A DNA stretch of 64,000 nt from Bacteroidaceae bacterium (lineage in GTDB: Bacteria; Bacteroidota; Bacteroidia; Bacteroidales; Bacteroidaceae). The stretch is taken from the NCBI GenBank assembly GCA_017650045.1, contig JAGCFP010000080.1:9468-73467 (forward strand), in the 5' to 3' direction. Positions 17,171-27,991 of the stretch are shown piece after piece; within the stretch, counting starts at the first letter, position 1, and each line of letters opens with the position of its first letter. The position numbers and the translations under genes are program-made. A model generated the notes under the pieces. It was given only the letters and a program-made list of their open reading frames with translations, did not search any database and had not been told where the DNA came from.

Positions 17171-18574
17171 ATGGAGATTATTCGCAGAACAAAGATTGCT
17201 GACCTGCTGAAGCGTGAAGACTTCGGGGCAATGGTCAATGTAAAAGGGTGGGTGCGAACCCGCCGTGGTAGCAAACAGGTATCATTTATCGCACTGAACG
17301 ATGGTTCCATCATCCATAATGTGCAGGTGGTGGTTGATTTGGCTAACTTTGATGAGAATCTTTTAAAGGATATTACTACTGGAGCCTGCTTGAGTGTCAA
17401 CGGTGAGTTGGTACAGTCGGTTGGCTCTGGCCAGAAAGTTGAGATACAGGCACGTGAGATAGAGGTGCTGGGTAAGTGTGATAATACTTATCCATTGCAG
17501 AAGAAGGGACACTCTTTCGAGTTCCTTCGCGAGATAGCTCACCTGCGTATGCGTACCAATACTTTCGGTGCTGTGTTCCGTATTCGTCACAACATGGCGA
17601 TTGCTATCCATAAGTATTTCCATGAGCATGGGTTCTTCTACTTTAATTCACCCATCATCACTGCCAGCGACTGCGAAGGCGCGGGTGAGATGTTCCAGGT
17701 GACGACGAAGAACCTTTATGACTTGAAGAAAGACGAGAATGGCAAAATTATCTATGATGATGATTTCTTCGGGAAGATGACCTCTTTGACGGTCAGTGGA
17801 CAGTTGGAAGGGGAGACTGCTGCGACGGCTCTGGGCTCTATCTATACCTTCGGCCCTACGTTCCGTGCTGAGAATTCCAATACGCCCCGCCACTTGGCAG
17901 AGTTCTGGATGGTTGATCCAGAAATTGCTTTCTGTGACCTGCATGACCTGATGGATCTGGAAGAGGATTTCATCAAGTACTGTGTACAATGGGCACTGGA
18001 TAACTGCATGGACGATCTTCAGTTCTTGAACAACATGATTGACAAGACACTGATTGAACGCTTGCAGGGTGTCGTGAAAGAAGAGTTTGTGCGCCTGCCT
18101 TATACAGAAGGTATCCGCATTCTGGAAGAGGCTGTGAAGAACGGACATAAGTTTGAGTTCCCGATTTCTTGGGGTGTGGATTTAGCCAGTGAGCATGAAC
18201 GCTATCTGGTGGAGCATCATTTCAAGAAACCTGTCATCATGATAGATTACCCGAAGGAGATCAAGGCGTTCTATATGAAGCAGAATGCCGATGGCAAGAC
18301 CGTGCAGGGTACCGACGTACTGTTCCCTGCTATTGGCGAGATCATCGGTGGAAGCGTGCGTGAAGAGAGCCTGGAGAAACTGGAGGCAGAAGTGGCACAG
18401 CGTAATATTCCAATGAAGGATATGTGGTGGTATCTTGATACTCGTAAATATGGTACCTGTCCTCATGCTGGTTTTGGCTTGGGCTTCGAGCGTCTGCTGC
18501 TTTTCGTAACGGGCATGTCGAATATCCGTGACGTGATACCTTATCCTCGTACTCCAAGAAATGCAGATTTCTAA
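17171..18574 (+). CDS. asnS: Asparaginyl-tRNA synthetase
   Basis: OB fold [52 protein letters not shown]. Confidence 0.95.
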   Translation: MEIIRRTKIADLLKREDFGAMVNVKGWVRTRRGSKQVSFIALNDGSIIHNVQVVVDLANFDENLLKDITTGACLSVNGELVQSVGSGQKVEIQAREIEVLGKCDNTYPLQKKGHSFEFLREIAHLRMRTNTFGAVFRIRHNMAIAIHKYFHEHGFFYFNSPIITASDCEGAGEMFQVTTKNLYDLKKDENGKIIYDDDFFGKMTSLTVSGQLEGETAATALGSIYTFGPTFRAENSNTPRHLAEFWMVDPEIAFCDLHDLMDLEEDFIKYCVQWALDNCMDDLQFLNNMIDKTLIERLQGVVKEEFVRLPYTEGIRILEEAVKNGHKFEFPISWGVDLASEHERYLVEHHFKKPVIMIDYPKEIKAFYMKQNADGKTVQGTDVLFPAIGEIIGGSVREESLEKLEAEVAQRNIPMKDMWWYLDTRKYGTCPHAGFGLGFERLLLFVTGMSNIRDVIPYPRTPRNADF

Positions 18575-18593
18575 CAAGAAGTGTATATACGAC

Positions 18594-18625
18594 AAGAGGC
18601 TGTCTTCTGAGAGGACAGCCTTTTT
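18594..18625 (+). terminator. Terminator after asnS
   Basis: AAGAGGCTGTCTTC..GAGGACAGCCTTTTT. Confidence 0.85.
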
Positions 18626-18648
18626 GTTATATAAAAAATAGGAGAAAT

Positions 18649-18760
18649 TTTGGTTAATATACAGAAAATCCCTACCTTTGTAGGCCGATTATTATCCGTA
18701 AAAGGATAAATGTTTAATTCATAGCGTTTTACGATATTTGGCCTATCTCGGAAAACGTGG
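18649..18760 (+). promoter_or_regulatory. rplM promoter and structured 5' leader (candidate L13 autoregulatory r-leader)
   Basis: TTTG-N20-TACCTTTG (18673-18680); stems GGCCGA/TTGGCC, TTATCC/GGATAA and CGTTTT/AAAACG. Confidence 0.55.
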
Positions 18761-18800
18761 TGAAGATAGTAGTAACAAATTTATTTAATTATTTAAAAGA

Positions 18801-19262
18801 GTGGATACTTTAAGTTACAAAACCATTTCTGCAAACAAGGCTACAGTGAACAAAGAATGGGTCATTGTAGATGCTAAGGACCAGATTCTGGGTCGTCTTG
18901 GCTCTAAGGTTGCGAAACTTTTGAGAGGTAAGTATAAACCAAACTTCACCCCTCATGTAGATTGTGGCGATAACGTGATTGTTATCAATGCTGACAAGGT
19001 AAGATTAAGTGGTAAAAAGTGGACGGACAAGGTGTACGTGCGCTACACAGGTTATCCTGGTGGACAGCGTTTCACGACCCCAGAGCAGATGCTGGCAAAA
19101 CCAGACGGTGCTGACCGCTTACTGAGAACTGTAGTTAAGGGTATGTTGCCTAAGACTAAGCTGGGTGCAAAGATTCTGAGTAATCTGTATATCTATGCAG
19201 GCGAAGAGCACAAGCAGCAGGCACAGGAACCTAAAATGATTGATATTAACGCACTTAAATAA
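18801..19262 (+). CDS. rplM: 50S ribosomal protein L13
   Basis: GTG start; LGRL..LRGKYKPNFTPHVDCGDNVIVINA, YTGYPGG. Confidence 0.98.
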   Translation: MDTLSYKTISANKATVNKEWVIVDAKDQILGRLGSKVAKLLRGKYKPNFTPHVDCGDNVIVINADKVRLSGKKWTDKVYVRYTGYPGGQRFTTPEQMLAKPDGADRLLRTVVKGMLPKTKLGAKILSNLYIYAGEEHKQQAQEPKMIDINALK

Positions 19263-19267
19263 TAGAT

Positions 19268-19654
19268 ATGGAAGTAGTAAATGCATTAGGCAGACGTAAA
19301 AGTTCTATCGCACGTGTTTTCGTAAGTGAGGGAACTGGCAAGATTACTATCAACAACCGCGACCTGAAGGAGTACTTCCCATCAAGCATTCTGCAGTATG
19401 TGGTTAAGCAGCCACTGGAGAAACTCGATGCTTCTGAGAAATATGACATTAAGGTAAATCTTTGCGGTGGTGGTTTCACTGGTCAGTCACAAGCACTCCG
19501 CTTGGCCATTGCCCGCGCTTTGGTGAAAATCAATCCTGAAGACAAGGCAGCTTTGAGAGCTGAAGGTTTCATGACTCGTGATCCTCGTTCTGTAGAGCGT
19601 AAGAAGCCAGGACAGCCAAAGGCACGTCGCAGATTCCAGTTCAGCAAGCGTTAA
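19268..19654 (+). CDS. rpsI: 30S ribosomal protein S9
   Basis: GRRKSSIARV, GGGFTGQ, C-terminal ERKKPG..QFSKR. Confidence 0.98.
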   Translation: MEVVNALGRRKSSIARVFVSEGTGKITINNRDLKEYFPSSILQYVVKQPLEKLDASEKYDIKVNLCGGGFTGQSQALRLAIARALVKINPEDKAALRAEGFMTRDPRSVERKKPGQPKARRRFQFSKR

Positions 19655-19771
19655 TGTGCTGGAACTGAAAATAGCGTTTAGCATCTAAACCACCGGGACT
19701 CGTAGGCTAAGACTACCCGGCGGTTGGTTTAGGAAACAAAAAAGAAAGTAAACGATTTAAAGAATAGAACA

Positions 19772-20614
19772 ATGTCTAGAACAAATTTTGATACATTACT
19801 GGAAGCAGGTTGCCACTTCGGTCACCTGAAGAGAAAATGGAATCCTGCTATGGCTCCTTATATTTTCATGGAGCGCAATGGTATCCACATCATCGACCTG
19901 AATAAGACGGTCGTTAAGATTGACGAAGCTGCTGAAGCTTTGAAACAAATCGCTAAATCAGGCAAAAGAGTCCTGTTTGTTGCTACTAAAAAACAAGCTA
20001 AGCAGGTGGTAGCTGATAAGGCTGCCTCTGTAAACATGCCTTTCGTAATCGAGCGTTGGCCAGGTGGAATGTTGACTAACTTCCCCACCATCCGTAAGGC
20101 TGTGAAGAAAATGAACAACATCGACAAGATGACTACTGACGGTACTTTCTCTAATCTGTCTAAGCGTGAGAAGCTGCAGATTGAGCGTCAGCGTGCTAAG
20201 TTGGAGAAGAACTTAGGTTCTATCCAGGATCTGACTCGTCTTCCTTCTGCCCTGTTCGTAGTGGACGTTATGAAGGAGAATATCGCAGTGCGCGAGGCTA
20301 ACCGTCTGGGTATCCCTGTATTCGGTATCGTTGATACTAATTCCGATCCTTCAAACATCGATTTTATCATCCCTGCCAATGATGATGCTACCAAGTCTGT
20401 AGAGGTTATCCTCGACGCTTGCTGTGCAGCTATCCAGGAAGGTCTGGAAGAGCGCAAGGCTGAAAAGATTGATACTGAGGCTGCTGGTGAGGCTGCTGAA
20501 GCACAGGCAAAACCTCGTAAGAGAAGTGCTAAGGCTCGTCTGGATAAGTCGGATGAGGATGCAATCAACGCATCAAAGGCCGCTGCTTTCATCAAGGATG
20601 AGGAAGAGGCTTAA
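19772..20614 (+). CDS. rpsB: 30S ribosomal protein S2
   Basis: LLEAGCHFGH..WNP.M, RWPGGMLTN, DTNSDP, PANDDA. Confidence 0.98.
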   Translation: MSRTNFDTLLEAGCHFGHLKRKWNPAMAPYIFMERNGIHIIDLNKTVVKIDEAAEALKQIAKSGKRVLFVATKKQAKQVVADKAASVNMPFVIERWPGGMLTNFPTIRKAVKKMNNIDKMTTDGTFSNLSKREKLQIERQRAKLEKNLGSIQDLTRLPSALFVVDVMKENIAVREANRLGIPVFGIVDTNSDPSNIDFIIPANDDATKSVEVILDACCAAIQEGLEERKAEKIDTEAAGEAAEAQAKPRKRSAKARLDKSDEDAINASKAAAFIKDEEEA

Positions 20615-20643
20615 TATTAACATTAAAATAAAGAGATTATATT

Positions 20644-21639
20644 ATGGCTGTAACAATGGCTGATATTGTCAAGCTCCGCAAACTGACGGGTGCTGGCATG
20701 ATGGATTGCAAGAATGCATTGAACGATGCTAACGGTGACTTCGATGAGGCTATGAAGATTATACGTGAGAAGGGTAAGGCTGTAGCTGCTAAGCGTTCTG
20801 ATCGTGACGCTTCTGAGGGTTGTGTACTTGCAAAGGCTGAGAATGGCTATGGTGCCATGATCGCACTGAAGTGTGAGACTGACTTCGTGGCTAACAATGC
20901 TGATTTCATCAAACTGACTCAAGATATCTTGAATGTTGCTTTTGCTGCAAAGTGCAAGACTTTGGATGAGGTGAAAGAGTTGGAATTGGTTCCTGGTACG
21001 ACTGTTCAGCAGGCTGTAACCGACCGTAGTGGTATTACCGGTGAGAAGATGGAGCTGGATGGCTATGCTACCGTTGAGGGTCCAACCATTGCTGTGTATA
21101 ACCACATGAACCGCAACTTCCTCTGCACTATGGCAGTACTGAATAAGCCTGGTTTCGATGAGGCTGGTCATGAGGTAGCTATGCAGATCGCTGCTATGTC
21201 TCCTATCGCTGTGGATGAGGCTAACGTTCCTCAGAGCGTGAAGGACAATGAGCTGGCTGTTGCTATTCAGAAGACAAAGGAAGAGCAGATTGAGAAGGCT
21301 GTGGTGGCTGCCATCAATAAGGCTGGCATCAATGCTAACCTCGTGGATAGCGAAGACCATATTGAGTCAAACATCGCTAAGGGTTGGCTGACTGAAGCTG
21401 AGGCTGAGAAGGCTCGTGAGATTCGCAAGACCGTTGCTGAGCAGAAGGCTGCTAATCTGCCTGAGGCTATGATTCAGAACATTGCTAAGGGTCGTATGGC
21501 TAAGTTCTTCAAGGATGTTTGTCTGCTGCAGCAGGCATACAACAAGGATGCGAAGATTACAGTAGCTGAATACCTGAAGTCTTTCGATAAGGAACTTACC
21601 GTTACAGATTTCAAGCGTTTCACTTTGCATGCTGAGTAA
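20644..21639 (+). CDS. tsf: Elongation factor Ts
   Basis: LRKLTGAGMMDCKNAL, CETDFVA; follows rpsB. Confidence 0.97.
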   Translation: MAVTMADIVKLRKLTGAGMMDCKNALNDANGDFDEAMKIIREKGKAVAAKRSDRDASEGCVLAKAENGYGAMIALKCETDFVANNADFIKLTQDILNVAFAAKCKTLDEVKELELVPGTTVQQAVTDRSGITGEKMELDGYATVEGPTIAVYNHMNRNFLCTMAVLNKPGFDEAGHEVAMQIAAMSPIAVDEANVPQSVKDNELAVAIQKTKEEQIEKAVVAAINKAGINANLVDSEDHIESNIAKGWLTEAEAEKAREIRKTVAEQKAANLPEAMIQNIAKGRMAKFFKDVCLLQQAYNKDAKITVAEYLKSFDKELTVTDFKRFTLHAE

Positions 21640-21653
21640 TTCAAAGTTATGAT

Positions 21654-21689
21654 AAAAAAGCCTCTTTCGTAAACGGAAGAGGCTTTTTT
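21654..21689. terminator. Bidirectional terminator between tsf and the SUI1 gene
   Basis: A6-GCCTCTTTCGT-AA-ACGGAAGAGGC-T6. Confidence 0.9.
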
Positions 21690-21691
21690 GT

Positions 21692-22039
21692 TTATCCAAC
21701 AGGCTTTGTCTGGGTATATCCTTCTGCTTTGAGGAGTTCTACGATCTTCGTCTTGAAATCACCTTGAATAATGATTTCCTCCTCTTTGACACTTCCTCCG
21801 ACACCACATTTCCCTTTCAAATACTTCCCAAGTTCTTTCAAGTCATCTTCTGTTCCAATAAAACCTTTGATTAAGGTGACCGTCTTACCACCACGATGAT
21901 GCCTATCTGTGCTTACGCGCAGTTTCTGTTGTTGTGGAGGTAAGGTCGTAACTTCTTCTTCTTTTGTGGTTTCGTATATGTAGTCGGGATTGGTGGAATA
22001 AACCACATTCAGCCTGTCTTTCCAATCGTTACTTTTCAT
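21692..22039 (-). CDS. yciH: SUI1/YciH-family translation factor
   Basis: [33 protein letters not shown]. Confidence 0.88.
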   Translation of the reverse strand: MKSNDWKDRLNVVYSTNPDYIYETTKEEEVTTLPPQQQKLRVSTDRHHRGGKTVTLIKGFIGTEDDLKELGKYLKGKCGVGGSVKEEEIIIQGDFKTKIVELLKAEGYTQTKPVG

Positions 22040-22141
22040 TTCTTTCAAGTTTTAGTTTGCCAAATATACGCATTTATCAGGGAAAATGCATTATCTTTGT
22101 GCATCATATTTAGTTGGTTTTGTAAAAATACGTAGTTAGGA

Positions 22142-22759
22142 ATGAAAATATTGGCAGTTGGAATGAATTATGCCCAGCACAATACGGAGCTTGGACATAA
22201 GGAGAAGAATGAGGAACCTGTGCTGTTCTTGAAGCCAGATTCATCTATCTTGAGAAATGGTTCTCCTTTCTTCCTCCCTGATTTTTCACAAAATATCCAC
22301 TATGAGGCAGAGGTGGTTGTCCGGATATGCCGATTGGGAAGACACATTGCCCCGAAGTTTGCGCATCGCTATTATGATGCTGTAACGGTAGGCATCGATT
22401 TCACGGCTCGTGATCTCCAACAACGCTTGCGTGAGAAAGGGCTTCCTTGGCTATTGAGTAAGGGTTTTGATGCGTCTGCTGCTTTGGGCGATTTCATTCC
22501 TTTAGCTGATCTTGGTAATGATGTACAGAACATCGACTTTCATTTAGATATAGATGGAAAGACCGTACAACATGGTCATACATCGGACATGCTGTTTAAG
22601 GTGGATGAGATCATCTCTTATGTCAGCAAGTTTATGACTCTGAAGATTGGTGATTTGCTCTATACGGGTACACCTGCTGGTGTGGGACCTGTTGTGGTGA
22701 ATCAACATCTGCAAGGATATATCGGAGATAAAAATGTGTTGGATTTTTATGTAAGGTAA
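22142..22759 (+). CDS. Fumarylacetoacetate hydrolase family protein
   Basis: AVGMNYAQH, HYEAE, DFTARDLQ, GDLLYTGTPAGVG. Confidence 0.9.
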   Translation: MKILAVGMNYAQHNTELGHKEKNEEPVLFLKPDSSILRNGSPFFLPDFSQNIHYEAEVVVRICRLGRHIAPKFAHRYYDAVTVGIDFTARDLQQRLREKGLPWLLSKGFDASAALGDFIPLADLGNDVQNIDFHLDIDGKTVQHGHTSDMLFKVDEIISYVSKFMTLKIGDLLYTGTPAGVGPVVVNQHLQGYIGDKNVLDFYVR

Positions 22760-22761
22760 CG

Positions 22762-23241
22762 ATGAAGATAAGAGTTGGATTTGGTTATGATGTGCACCAG
22801 TTGGTTCCGGGACGTGAGTTGTGGATTGGTGGAATACGCATCGAGCATGAAATGGGATTGTTAGGTCATTCTGATGCCGACGTGCTGATTCATGCCATTT
22901 GTGATGCCTTGTTAGGTGCAGCCAACATGCGGGACATAGGTTTTCATTTCCCCGACAAAGATCCTCACTATAAGAACATTGACAGTAAGATTCTGCTCCG
23001 AAAAACCGTTGAGCTAATTGCGGAGAAAGGATATAAGGTGGGGAATGTAGATGCAACGGTTTGTGCAGAACGCCCTAAGTTGAATCCTCATATTCCTGCG
23101 ATGCAGCAAGTGCTTTCCGAAATCATGCATACAGACTTGGATGATGTCTCTATCAAAGCTACAACAACCGAGAAATTGGGGTTCACTGGAAGAGAGGAAG
23201 GAATAGCTGCGTATGCAGTGGTACTGATAGAAAAATATTAA
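22762..23241 (+). CDS. ispF: 2-C-methyl-D-erythritol 2,4-cyclodiphosphate synthase
   Basis: GYDVH, GHSDADV, KATTTEKLGFTGREEG. Confidence 0.97.
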   Translation: MKIRVGFGYDVHQLVPGRELWIGGIRIEHEMGLLGHSDADVLIHAICDALLGAANMRDIGFHFPDKDPHYKNIDSKILLRKTVELIAEKGYKVGNVDATVCAERPKLNPHIPAMQQVLSEIMHTDLDDVSIKATTTEKLGFTGREEGIAAYAVVLIEKY

Positions 23242-23259
23242 TGTAAACAATTAAATACA

Positions 23260-24645
23260 ATGAAAAAATTACTTGTTTTAATGACGCTCATCTTTACAGT
23301 TGCAGGGATGAAGGCAGTTGCACAAGATTCGGCAAAATATCGAATCAGTTTGAAAGACAAAGTGGGAACCGGTTACTCCTTGAGTCGCCCTCAGGAGTTT
23401 CTCTCTGAGAAGGCTCTGGCACGTAGAACCAGACAGGGTATTCGGGTAGATTCTACCGACCTGCCCGTGAGTCGCAGCTACATCCAGGCCATCGAGAGAG
23501 AAGGCGGACGTGTACTCATTGTAGGTAAGTGGGATAATTTTGTCACGGTGATGGCTAATGGTGCCGATGCGGCAGAGCGCTTTGCCAGATTGCCTTTTGT
23601 GACTAAGGTCGAGAAAGTATGGTCTTCGGAATCCAGCAAGCCGACCACCACTGCTGATAGGCGTATAGATGTGGCGAATGAGGTGAAGCAACATCCAGAT
23701 TCTATCTATGGTTCTGGCACGGAACAAATCCAGATCAGCAATGCCGATAAGTTGCATGAGGCAGGTTTCAAGGGTGCAGGTATGACCATTGCCATCATTG
23801 ATGGTGGTTTCCATAACTATGATAAGATAGACATTATGAAGAATGTCAAGGTTCTGGGTACCAAGGATTTTGTTGATCCAGGTTCTGACATTTTCGCTGC
23901 AAGTTCACACGGATTGAGTGTGCTTTCATGTATTGGCACTAACACTCCTTATCAGATGATAGGTACTGCTCCAGAGGCAGAATTTTGGCTCATTAGAAGT
24001 GAGGATGAAAGCTCTGAGACTCCTTCTGAGGAGGATAACTGGTGTGCAGCCGTGGAGTTTGCAGATAGCGTGGGAGTGGATGTGATGAACACGTCTCTGG
24101 GTTATAATGAGTTCGACGATAAGACAATGAATTATCAGTTGCGCGATTTAGATGGTAAGAAGTCGTTGATGTCTCGTCAGGCCTCTCGCCTTGCGTCCAA
24201 GGGTATGATCTTGGTTTGCAGTGCAGGTAATTCTGGGTCTAACTCATGGAAGAAGACCACTGCTCCTGGTGATGCGACCGATGTACTTACAGTTGGCGCC
24301 ATTGGAAAGGACGGAAATCTTGCTGCTTTCTCATCTATTGGAACGACGTCTGACGGACGTATCAAGCCCGATGTGGTAGCTGTGGGACTGATGTCAGATG
24401 TGATCCGTCCAAATGGTAATCAGGGACGAGCTAATGGTACATCTTTCGCTTCTCCGATTATGTGTGGCATGGTGACTTGTTTGTGGCAGGCTTGTCCGAA
24501 CCTCACGGCTAAACAAGTGATAGAACTTGTGAAGAGTGCTGGTGATAGGGCAGACTTCCCTGATAATGTCTATGGTTATGGTATTCCTGATATGTGGAAA
24601 GCCTATCAGGCATACCTCTCTGGCTATGCGAAGGTCGTACAGTAA
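23260..24645 (+). CDS. Secreted subtilisin-like S8 serine peptidase
   Basis: Signal peptide; triad IIDGG, SHG, GTSFASP; oxyanion SAGN; KPDV. Confidence 0.9.
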   Translation: MKKLLVLMTLIFTVAGMKAVAQDSAKYRISLKDKVGTGYSLSRPQEFLSEKALARRTRQGIRVDSTDLPVSRSYIQAIEREGGRVLIVGKWDNFVTVMANGADAAERFARLPFVTKVEKVWSSESSKPTTTADRRIDVANEVKQHPDSIYGSGTEQIQISNADKLHEAGFKGAGMTIAIIDGGFHNYDKIDIMKNVKVLGTKDFVDPGSDIFAASSHGLSVLSCIGTNTPYQMIGTAPEAEFWLIRSEDESSETPSEEDNWCAAVEFADSVGVDVMNTSLGYNEFDDKTMNYQLRDLDGKKSLMSRQASRLASKGMILVCSAGNSGSNSWKKTTAPGDATDVLTVGAIGKDGNLAAFSSIGTTSDGRIKPDVVAVGLMSDVIRPNGNQGRANGTSFASPIMCGMVTCLWQACPNLTAKQVIELVKSAGDRADFPDNVYGYGIPDMWKAYQAYLSGYAKVVQ

Positions 24646-24659
24646 TTTCAGAATCACTG

Positions 24660-25916
24660 ATGGAGTCGCTTTCCCTGCTTGAACTGAATGCATTGGTGCG
24701 TGAAACCTTGGAGACAGGTCTGCCCGATGAGTATTGGGTAAGGGCAGAACTGAGTGAGGTGCGTGCAAATGCTACGGGGCATTGCTATGTGGAATTCATT
24801 CAGAAGAATGAGCGGGGAAACAGTCTGGTGGCCAAAGCAAGAGGTATCATCTGGGCGAATGTCTATCCTTTATTGAAAGGCTATTTTGAGTCGTCAACTG
24901 GACAGGCTTTCGTAGCGGGGATCAAAGTGTTGGTAAAAGTTGTCGTGAGTTTTCATGAACTATACGGATATAGTTTAGTAGTTAGTGAGATAGATCCAAC
25001 TTATACCTTAGGCGATTTAGCACAAAGAAGACTGAAGATTCTGCGCCAACTTGAAGAAGAAGGTGTCCTTGAGTTGAACAAGGAATTGGAGATGCCAGTT
25101 ATACCCCAACGCGTGGCAGTTATCTCATCGAAAACTGCTGCTGGATTTGGCGATTTCTGCGACCAACTGAAGAAGAATGCCTATGGCTTTTATTTCAGAG
25201 TGGAACTGTTTCCTGCCTTGATGCAAGGTGCCAAATTGGAGGAATCTGTCTTACAGGCATTGGATAGGATCAATGCGCGAATGGATGAATTTGATGTAGT
25301 GGTGATTATTCGAGGCGGTGGGGCAACTTCAGAACTGGCCGATTTTGACAGTTATATGTTGGCTTCCGCCTGTGCGCAGTTCCCTCTACCGATTATTACG
25401 GGCATTGGCCATGAGAGAGATGATACCGTACTTGATATCGTCGCCCATACCCGCGTGAAGACACCGACTGCTGCAGCCGAATTACTGATTGGGTACATGC
25501 TTGATGCCGTAGAGACATTAAATGCATTGAAAAGTAGGCTTTATAATGGGACGAAACAGCTTTTAAAGAATAAGAAAGGGAAACTGGAATTGCTCATACA
25601 GAGCCTTCCTGCTGGAGTTACCCGTAGACTCTCTGTTGAGAAACTCAAATTTCATGAAACCAGAAGCCGGTTGAAGTTCCAGGTGCATAAGAAACTGACA
25701 GAGCAGAAGCACCAGTTGGAGTTGTGGAACCAGAAAGTGTTAGATGCCTCACCAGAGAAACAATTGGCTCGAGGATATAGTATTACCATGGTGGATGGGC
25801 ATACTGTAAAGAATGTAGATGCCATTAAGAAAGGAAATTCTCTGAAAACAATTTTGGCAAATGGAATCTTAATGTCAGAGGTAGAGGAGATCATTCATAA
25901 TAAGGAGGAACAATGA
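24660..25916 (+). CDS. xseA: Exodeoxyribonuclease VII large subunit
   Basis: WVRAELS..GHCY, IIRGGG, TGIGHERD, KTPTAAAE. Confidence 0.95.
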   Translation: MESLSLLELNALVRETLETGLPDEYWVRAELSEVRANATGHCYVEFIQKNERGNSLVAKARGIIWANVYPLLKGYFESSTGQAFVAGIKVLVKVVVSFHELYGYSLVVSEIDPTYTLGDLAQRRLKILRQLEEEGVLELNKELEMPVIPQRVAVISSKTAAGFGDFCDQLKKNAYGFYFRVELFPALMQGAKLEESVLQALDRINARMDEFDVVVIIRGGGATSELADFDSYMLASACAQFPLPIITGIGHERDDTVLDIVAHTRVKTPTAAAELLIGYMLDAVETLNALKSRLYNGTKQLLKNKKGKLELLIQSLPAGVTRRLSVEKLKFHETRSRLKFQVHKKLTEQKHQLELWNQKVLDASPEKQLARGYSITMVDGHTVKNVDAIKKGNSLKTILANGILMSEVEEIIHNKEEQ

Positions 25917-25917
25917 T

Positions 25918-26112
25918 ATGAAGAAAAAAGAAACGTATGCGCAATCCATACAACGTCTGGAACAGATTGTTCAGCAGATAGATAATGGTGAACTGGACAT
26001 TGATGAATTGGCTGAGAAGATAAAGGAAGCAAAGGCTATTATTGCATTTTGTACAGAAAAATTGACCCATGTCGATAAACAAGTTGAAATTTTATTGTCT
26101 GACGGACAATAA
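25918..26112 (+). CDS. xseB: Exodeoxyribonuclease VII small subunit
   Basis: YAQSIQRLEQIV..GELDIDEL; directly follows xseA. Confidence 0.9.
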   Translation: MKKKETYAQSIQRLEQIVQQIDNGELDIDELAEKIKEAKAIIAFCTEKLTHVDKQVEILLSDGQ

Positions 26113-26176
26113 AGTTAATAATTAATAGTAATTTTGCACCGATAGTTTTGGTTTTTAATTAAAAAGGTCGAAAGAT

Positions 26177-27199
26177 ATGCAAGAAATAGATTGGAAGAAC
26201 CTGTCTTTTGGATACATGAAGACAGATTACAATGTGAGATTGTACTACCGTGATGGCAAATGGGGCGAGATAGAAATCTGCAGTGAGGAAACTATTCCTA
26301 TGCACATGGCTGCTACCTGCTTACACTATGGTCAGGAAGCTTTTGAAGGCTTAAAAGCTTATCGCTGTCCAGATGGGAAAGTGCGTGTGTTCCGCATGGA
26401 TGAGAATGCCAAGCGTCTGCAGGGTACTTGTCGTGGTATATTGATGCCAGAACTCCCTGTAGAAAAGTTCGAGGAAATGGTGACCAAAGTGGTTCGCCTG
26501 AATGAGCGTTTCATCCCTCCCTATGAGAGTGGAGCCACACTGTATATCCGTCCATTGCTCGTTGGCACATCTGCACAAGTGGGTGTACATCCTTCCAAAG
26601 AATACTTGTTCTTGATTTTTGTGACGCCAGTAGGCCCATATTTCAAGGGTGGTTTCTCAACCAATCCATACGTAATAGTTCGTGAGTACGACCGCTCGGC
26701 TCCTTTGGGTACTGGTGTGTATAAGGTAGGTGGCAACTACGCTGCTTCGCTGAAGGCGAATGATATTGCACATCAGAAAGGCTATGCCTGTGAATTCTAC
26801 CTCGATGCCAAGGAAAAGAAATACATGGATGAATGTGGCGCAGCCAACTTCTTCGGTATCAAAAACAATACCTATGTGACTCCAAAGTCAACTTCCATTC
26901 TTCCTAGTATCACGAACAAGAGCCTGATGCAGTTGGCTGAAGACTATGGCATGAAGGTAGAGCGTCGTCAGATCCCCGAAGAAGAATTGGCTACGTTTGA
27001 GGAGGCTGGTGCTTGCGGAACAGCAGCAGTGATTTCACCTATTTCTTATATAGACGATTTAGATACGGGACAGCGCTATACGTTCTCAAAGGACGGAAAG
27101 CCAGGACCTATGTCCACCAAACTGTATAATCACTTGCGTAACATCCAGTACGGCATCGAGGAAGACAAGCATGGCTGGACCACTGTGGTGATTGAATAA
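26177..27199 (+). CDS. ilvE: Branched-chain amino acid aminotransferase
   Basis: LHYGQEAFEGLKAY, LYIRP, KVGGNYA, ILPSIT, CGTAAVISP. Confidence 0.95.
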   Translation: MQEIDWKNLSFGYMKTDYNVRLYYRDGKWGEIEICSEETIPMHMAATCLHYGQEAFEGLKAYRCPDGKVRVFRMDENAKRLQGTCRGILMPELPVEKFEEMVTKVVRLNERFIPPYESGATLYIRPLLVGTSAQVGVHPSKEYLFLIFVTPVGPYFKGGFSTNPYVIVREYDRSAPLGTGVYKVGGNYAASLKANDIAHQKGYACEFYLDAKEKKYMDECGAANFFGIKNNTYVTPKSTSILPSITNKSLMQLAEDYGMKVERRQIPEEELATFEEAGACGTAAVISPISYIDDLDTGQRYTFSKDGKPGPMSTKLYNHLRNIQYGIEEDKHGWTTVVIE

Positions 27200-27208
27200 A
27201 ACGTTGTA

Positions 27209-27967
27209 ATGGGAAAAGGAAAACTTGCAAAGTTTGCTGATTTGGCTAGTTATCCACACGTCTTTGAGTATCCGTACTCTGTCGTGGATAATGTGCCGTT
27301 TGAACTAAAAGGGAAATGGGGTGAGTCATTTTTTAAGAATGACCATCCCATTGTGCTTGAATTGGGTTGTGGACGTGGTGAATATACCGTTGGACTTGGC
27401 CGACTCTTTCCGGAGAAGAATTTCATAGGGGTTGATATCAAGGGAGCTCGTATGTGGACAGGTGCTACGGAATCCCTGCGTGAGGGAATGAAGAATGTGG
27501 CTTTCTTGCGCACCAATATCGAGATTATCGACAGGTTCTTTGGAGCGAATGAAGTTAGTGAGATTTGGCTGACTTTCTCGGATCCTCAGATGAAGAAACC
27601 CACCAAGCGACTCACGTCATCTTACTTCTTGGAGCGCTATCGCAAGTTTTTGAAAGATGGAGGGTTGGTGCATGTGAAGTCAGATAGCAACTTCCTCTAT
27701 ACCTATACCAAATACCTGATAGAGACCAACGGTTTACCTGTAGAGGTAATGACTGATGACCTCTATCACTCTGGACAGGCTGATGAGATATTAGGCATTC
27801 GAACCTACTATGAGCAGCAATGGCTTGATAGGGGACTGAATATCAAATACATCAAATTTGTCCTCCCACATGAGGGAAAGCTGGAAGAACCCGAGGTGGA
27901 GATTGAACTTGACGATTATCGGAGCTACAACCGTAGCAAGCGCAGTGGCCTCCAAAATCATAATTAG
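27209..27967 (+). CDS. trmB: tRNA (guanine-N7)-methyltransferase
   Basis: [12 protein letters not shown] motif, WLTFSDP, RLT, HVKSD, TYYE. Confidence 0.92.
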   Translation: MGKGKLAKFADLASYPHVFEYPYSVVDNVPFELKGKWGESFFKNDHPIVLELGCGRGEYTVGLGRLFPEKNFIGVDIKGARMWTGATESLREGMKNVAFLRTNIEIIDRFFGANEVSEIWLTFSDPQMKKPTKRLTSSYFLERYRKFLKDGGLVHVKSDSNFLYTYTKYLIETNGLPVEVMTDDLYHSGQADEILGIRTYYEQQWLDRGLNIKYIKFVLPHEGKLEEPEVEIELDDYRSYNRSKRSGLQNHN

Positions 27968-27991
27968 TAATTCAAAATTCATAAATCAAAC

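Noticed and set aside
15814-17400. 528 aa antisense ORF over rluB/asnS and the many other shadow ORFs
   Set aside because: They lie opposite or within well-supported genes, show no motifs, and are explained by codon bias and low-complexity sequence
20644-21639. Longer-than-usual EF-Ts with internal helical insertion
   Set aside because: About 330 aa EF-Ts is normal for Bacteroidales
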